A stretch of DNA of 64,000 nt, taken from assembly GCF_964204645.1 (NCBI RefSeq), contig NC_134026.1:20928150-20992149 (forward strand), read 5' to 3'. The notes under the pieces are model-generated. The model was not told the origin of the DNA. It worked only from the letters and a program-made list of their open reading frames with translations, and did not search any database. Made by a program: the position numbers and the translations under genes. Shown one piece after another: positions 59,385 through 64,000 of the stretch. The stretch comes from Tubulanus polymorphus (taxonomy: Eukaryota > Animalia > Nemertea). Each line of letters begins with the position of its first letter. Position 1 is the first letter of the stretch.

Positions 59385-59820
59385 AGAGCAACGATAAAAA
59401 CATTTTCACAATGGCCCGTTTTTTGGTTCGCGCGAGAATTCAAAACTTTTGGTTTTCTCGCGCGAAAATTCAAAACTTTTGGTTTTCTTGCTCGAGAAAA
59501 CCAAACATTTTGGTTTGAAAAATTTTCTGACTGGCTAGAAGCTGGATAAAAATTTTTTACAATGGTCAATATTTTGTTTTTTTCGCGCGAGAAAAGAAAA
59601 CTTTTTGAATCCTCGCGTGAGAAAACAAAAAGTTTTGAATTCTCGCGAGGAAAAAACAAACTTTTGGTTTTCTCGCGTAAACATTTTGGTTTGAAAAATT
59701 TTCTGACTGGCTTAGAAGCTGGATAAAAATTTTTTACAATGGCCAATGTTTTGTTTTTTCGCGCGAGAAAACAAAACTTTTTGAATTCTCGCGCGAGAAA
59801 ACCAAAATGTTTTGAATACC
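59385..59820. repeat. Tandem array of TTTTCTCGCGCGAGAAAA-like palindromic units with a higher-order duplication of about 176 bp
   Basis: Motif recurs about every 22-23 bp; the block starting at ~59503 is repeated at ~59679. Confidence 0.85.
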
Positions 59821-60826
59821 AGATACCAGGAATGACTGCTACAGTCACACATGGAGAATATAGATATAATACGATGAAAATCCACTTTACTGTAAAAATG
59901 TAAAAATATAAAAACAAAATGATTTTTCGAACAATTTAGAATTGAAAATTTAAAACAGTTTCGAACTCTCAATAGAGATATCGTCCTCACTCCTATTAAA
60001 TAGTACTTAGATTGAAAAGGAGGTCCCCCCAATGTTGCCGTACCAGGATAAGTGGCGAAAGTTGTGAGTCCCGGGAGACGAGTTCAAGATGAAATAATTA
60101 GGGATTCCCTGGATTGTTAGGTCTTGAGTAAGGTTACCATACACGGCGGAGATTCCCTTCACTATTCGACTCGGGTGTACTGGCACACTCTTGTTCTGGG
60201 ATACCCCTACTTTCAAAAGATTTGATTTATTTCAAATGTGAAGTTGGATGTGGGATGAAAACCCTTTAATGCATAATGGATACTATGTTGCTGGGCTAGC
60301 AACCATAGCAGTAATAGGGGTTTAGTTGTTCTAAGCCGAAGGTCGAGAGGTCGAGAAATTTTCCAAATGTGAAAATAACAATGATTTCTACTTGAATTAG
60401 TCGCATACACTCCTAATTCAAGTAGAAATTATTATTATTTTCACATTTGGAAAATTTCTCAACCTCTCAACCTTTAACTTAGAACAACTAAACCCCTATT
60501 ACTCTTAAGATATTTATATACATGAATAAAATATATATGAATAACATATAAATTGATAGATTATTCAATATAAAAGTGTTAATAAAGTGTGAGCTCTTAT
60601 AGAATAGATATATAGATATATTTTAAACATATTTCAATATTTATATTTGTATGAGTTAGATTTTTAAACATTAAAAGTGTTAGTAAAGTGTGAGTGAAAT
60701 AATTCATATTTAAAACAGTGAATATTTATATTAATATGTGTTAAATTCTTATTTTCTAACATAAAAAGTGTGAGTAAAGTGTGAGTGAAATAATTCATAT
60801 CTAAAACATTGAATATTTATATTTGA

Positions 60827-61495
60827 ATGAGTTTTAATAAAAATTTTGTTATAAAAATGAAGAAAGAAGAAGAAGAACCCAACTTTAAAATCGAAATCAA
60901 TGAAACCAATAAATCATTTTTACAGTTTAACATTAGAAATTATATTTCAGCAATAAATTTAGTGTCCGCCAGACATTATAAAATTGATAACATTACTGTA
61001 ATTAATCAAATATTATCAAATGAAACATATTTAATTACTAAACTAATTGATACTTTTGATAATGGTGTTAAAAATCCTAAAATGTTCAATACAGTTTTTA
61101 ATTTTAAAGGAACTTTAGATGAAAACATAATAAATATTCTTAAAACTCCTTTCAATGAAAGAAAAAGTGATTTAATACTTTCAAAAGATTACAATGATTT
61201 GATTAACTTAAGAATTGAAAAAAGACAATTGTATTATTTCAATTTTGATAATAAACAAATTATCTATAATGAAAATTCATCAAATATTGGAATTCAATGT
61301 GAATTAGATAATGAAAAATCATTTAAAGATATTGCAGTTCAATGTAATTTAGATGATGAATTTAGAAAATTCAATCCTATTGAATAAGTGTATTGTTATC
61401 GCGGTGGTAAATATTTAAGATCACATAAATCAAAACATTATCAAACAGTTAAACATATCAATTATGAAAAGAATAATAAATATATATTGAAATAA
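60827..61495 (+). pseudogene. Element ORF1 (186 aa plus in-frame continuation past TAA 61385-61387 into a degenerate zinc-finger-like segment)
   Basis: After the TAA the frame reads VYCYRGGKYLRSHKSKHYQTVKHINYEK..., resembling the CxCGGxY...H...H fingers of Polinton and large-DNA-virus small proteins. Confidence 0.5.
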
Positions 61496-61664
61496 GAGTA
61501 AACTGTATGTTTCAAATATAAAGTAGTTAAAGCATCGAGAAATTAGTTTAATGAATAACTGTTAGGTAGTAAGTTTAATTGTTATTTGATTTGAAACATA
61601 TAAAAGTTAAATATTTCTAAAATATTAAATATTTATCAATTTAATAATTCTTTTTCTTAAATAA

Positions 61665-61883
61665 ATGGATGGTTTCATTCCAACTGGGAAAAGTGATTTC
61701 AAGCATTATCTTGTAGCAGGAGGATTAATATTGGCAGCATTATATTTTTACTATGAGAATATTTCAAAAGATTTGATGAATGAAAATAATTAATTGAGTA
61801 AAAAATTAAAGAAGTTAAATGGAAACAATCACAGAAAAAATAACAATAAAAAAGTTAATTCAGAAAATGATTTAGAGGATTAA
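61665..61883 (+). pseudogene. Element ORF2, small single-pass membrane protein with internal TAA (61791-61793)
   Basis: TAAATG start context; MDGFIPTGKSDFKHYLVAGGLILAALYFYYENISKDLMNENN*LSKKLKK...DLED*. Confidence 0.45.
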
Positions 61884-61921
61884 AACAGCATCTTTTAATT
61901 TCATATATTTTGACTATAAAA

Positions 61922-62227
61922 ATGAGTGAAAATAAGGTATTAGAAATATTACACCTTATTTATAAAAATCAACAGAATATTAAATCAATTATTATGATTT
62001 CAGGTTTATTTTCATTCTCAGTTTATACTATAAAACAGTTGTTAGAATTCTATGATAGCTGTTAAATTAAATATACAGAATTGAAAGAAAATATAAATTA
62101 TATTTCAGATAGATTGAATAATATTAAGTGTTGTGAAATATGCAATAAAAGATATAAAAATAAAAGATCATTAAGGAATCACATGTATATTCATGAACTT
62201 GATGAAAAATTATATGAATCAAAATAA
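61922..62227 (+). pseudogene. Element ORF3, hydrophobic segment plus C2H2 zinc finger, internal TAA (62063-62065)
   Basis: The frame continues past the stop to CCEICNKRYKNKRSLRNHMYIH, a canonical C-x2-C-x12-H-x3-H finger. Confidence 0.6.
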
Positions 62228-64000
62228 GAAATCGACTGTTAAATTAGCTGAAAATATAAAATATATTAGTTGAAATGTACGAAAATGAGTAAATTATATC
62301 TATGTTAAAAAAGGCGGGTTGAGGTATCAATGTATTAAATACGTATTCAATACGTATCAAATACGTATTAATGTATTAAATACGTATTATGCTTTATTTC
62401 TGAAAATGAAGTCACAGAAGTAATATATGTTTTAATTCATTCAAATATGATATTGTAATTCTTTAGTTAGTTGGCTTATTCAATAAGAGAAACAATGAAA
62501 TAATACAAGAGTGATACTAACAGTTAAAGTTATTAAAATTCTTGTTAAATCTATTTGAATTCTAGTCAATTCTTGTTAACCAATAGCGTGAATAGAAATC
62601 AAAAGGATCTAAATTAAAAAAAACAATAAGTTAAATAAGTTAGTATTAGATAAAGTAACTTATTGTTTTTTAGTATTTTTTATTTGTGATATAAAGTATT
62701 CTCTTTTGAAAAGAATTGTAAAAGAAAATATTAAAAAAACAATAACTAATACTAAAAAACAATAACTGAACTAAGCTAGTATTAGTTATTGTTTTTTAGT
62801 ATTAGTTATTGTTTTTTTAATATTTTCTTTTACAATTCTTTTCAAAAGAGAATACTTTATATCAAGAGAAACAATAACTAATACTAAAAAACAATAACTA
62901 ATACTAGCTTAGTTCAGTTATTGTTTTTTAGTATTAGTTATTGTTTTTTTAATATTTTCTTTTACAATCTAGAACAACTAAACCCCTATTACTCATAGCA
63001 GTCTTTACCATAGAGCATAACCAGGTTTCCAGCGGTCCTTCCAAGCCATTCTTTGTCCGTGCTTCTTATGGAAAAAAAGTCTGGACAGACACATCTTTGA
63101 CCTTCTTTTCGACTCTAAGCCCTTCCTTTTGATATAAAAGTCCTTCCAAATTTGATTTTTATGTATTTTCTGCGCACAATTTTGTCGCGAATTCGACTGT
63201 TGAAATATTTTATTAATCATTCCTGGTAATTCAATTGCCAGTAAGATATAATATACAGGAAAGTTTTATGGAATTACCCTGAAATGTATGACTGGTCTAT
63301 TACGCATTGCGATAATGCTTCCTCAGGGGCCCTCATTTTACTAGAAAGTACTCCTACCCGAGTCCAAAAGTCCCTCCTTTTGGGTCTAAATTTGCCCGAA
63401 AAGTCCTCTTTAGTACTTCTTTTTATCCCGGCCTTACCACTGGAAACCCTGATGACTGATTTTGGAATAGTGGTCGGAGCTCACGGAAGATAGATTTGTA
63501 ACTAGATCCGAACTCGTTATATCAAACTATTATTACATTTTCCACGCTAGTAAATTATTCAGCTCCGATTCGATTTCGGAAGAAATGAGACATATCAAAA
63601 GTACAGTCTGTATAATAACAGTATATCTATATAAACGTTTGCCCTCTACTTTAACCCATACTCCATTAGAACTTTCCATGAAAATCGAAAATGCATTGAA
63701 ACCGCTTCAGTCCATTAGGGATATGTACGCTAGCACACAACATTATTTCAGCATCTCGCATTCTATCAGGTGACTGGCTTGCAACAAGGAATTTGTTCGA
63801 CGACAAGATTCATCACGAAATCATGAAATCGAATCTCACGACAACTTCAATTTACAGTTTGATTTTTTCAGACATATTACTAGTGACACGTGATACTCAC
63901 ACAACCGTGTTCCTTGTTATTTCGTGTCTTAACACATTTCTGGCAGCAATAGTTGGTTTCATCGGCAATAGTTTAATCGTTGTATTGATGTTGACGGCTA

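Larger units (their letters stand above)
60310..62993. mobile_element. Non-autonomous or defective Polinton/Maverick-like element (2684 bp)
   Basis: 24-bp perfect TIR AGTAATAGGGGTTTAGTTGTTCTA (60310-60333 / 62970-62993) and a 6-bp TSD CATAGC (60304-60309 / 62994-62999). AG...CT termini with a 6-bp TSD are Polinton hallmarks. Interior is very AT-rich with intronless small ORFs. No pPolB, integrase or capsid ORF seen. Confidence 0.75.

Noticed and set aside
59381-60032. 178-aa and 106-aa ORFs, and a possible CRISPR-like array
   Set aside because: These are translations of the tandem repeat; the spacers are similar to each other rather than unique, there are no cas genes and the context is eukaryotic.
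60827-62227. TAA-to-Gln genetic code reassignment in the element
   Set aside because: The same ORFs also terminate at TAA and use CAA/CAG for Gln; mutation is the simpler explanation.

Overview
AT-rich, intron-dense animal genomic DNA, most likely a marine invertebrate of lophotrochozoan type (inferred from gene content; species not determined). I assembled nine protein-coding genes by hand from GT-AG splice signals, in strictly alternating orientation: an NDRG-like/ZK1073.1-type pseudo-hydrolase (minus, over 25 kb, 3' end outside the window), CFAP99 (+), an intronless PYROXD1 (-), RMND1 (+), HIGD2A (-), MRPL43 (+), NOC3L (-), RFESD (+) and NADK2 (-). Introns and intergenic DNA carry many non-autonomous DNA transposons: P-like foldbacks with 8-bp TSDs, a Kolobok-like TTAA element, short palindromic MITEs, a tRNA-containing MITE and an RTE LINE fragment. 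The most unusual feature is a 2.7-kb Polinton/Maverick-like insertion (60310-62993; AGT...ACT termini, 6-bp TSD). It has a terminal snap-back hairpin whose arms differ only by C>T/G>A changes, flip/flop palindromes at the other end, and three small ORFs each broken by one in-frame TAA. Also notable are frame-preserving micro-exon candidates in the NDRG-like gene, two of which read in a second frame as a peptide ending RF-GKRR-stop. All calls were made by eye; no database search was run.
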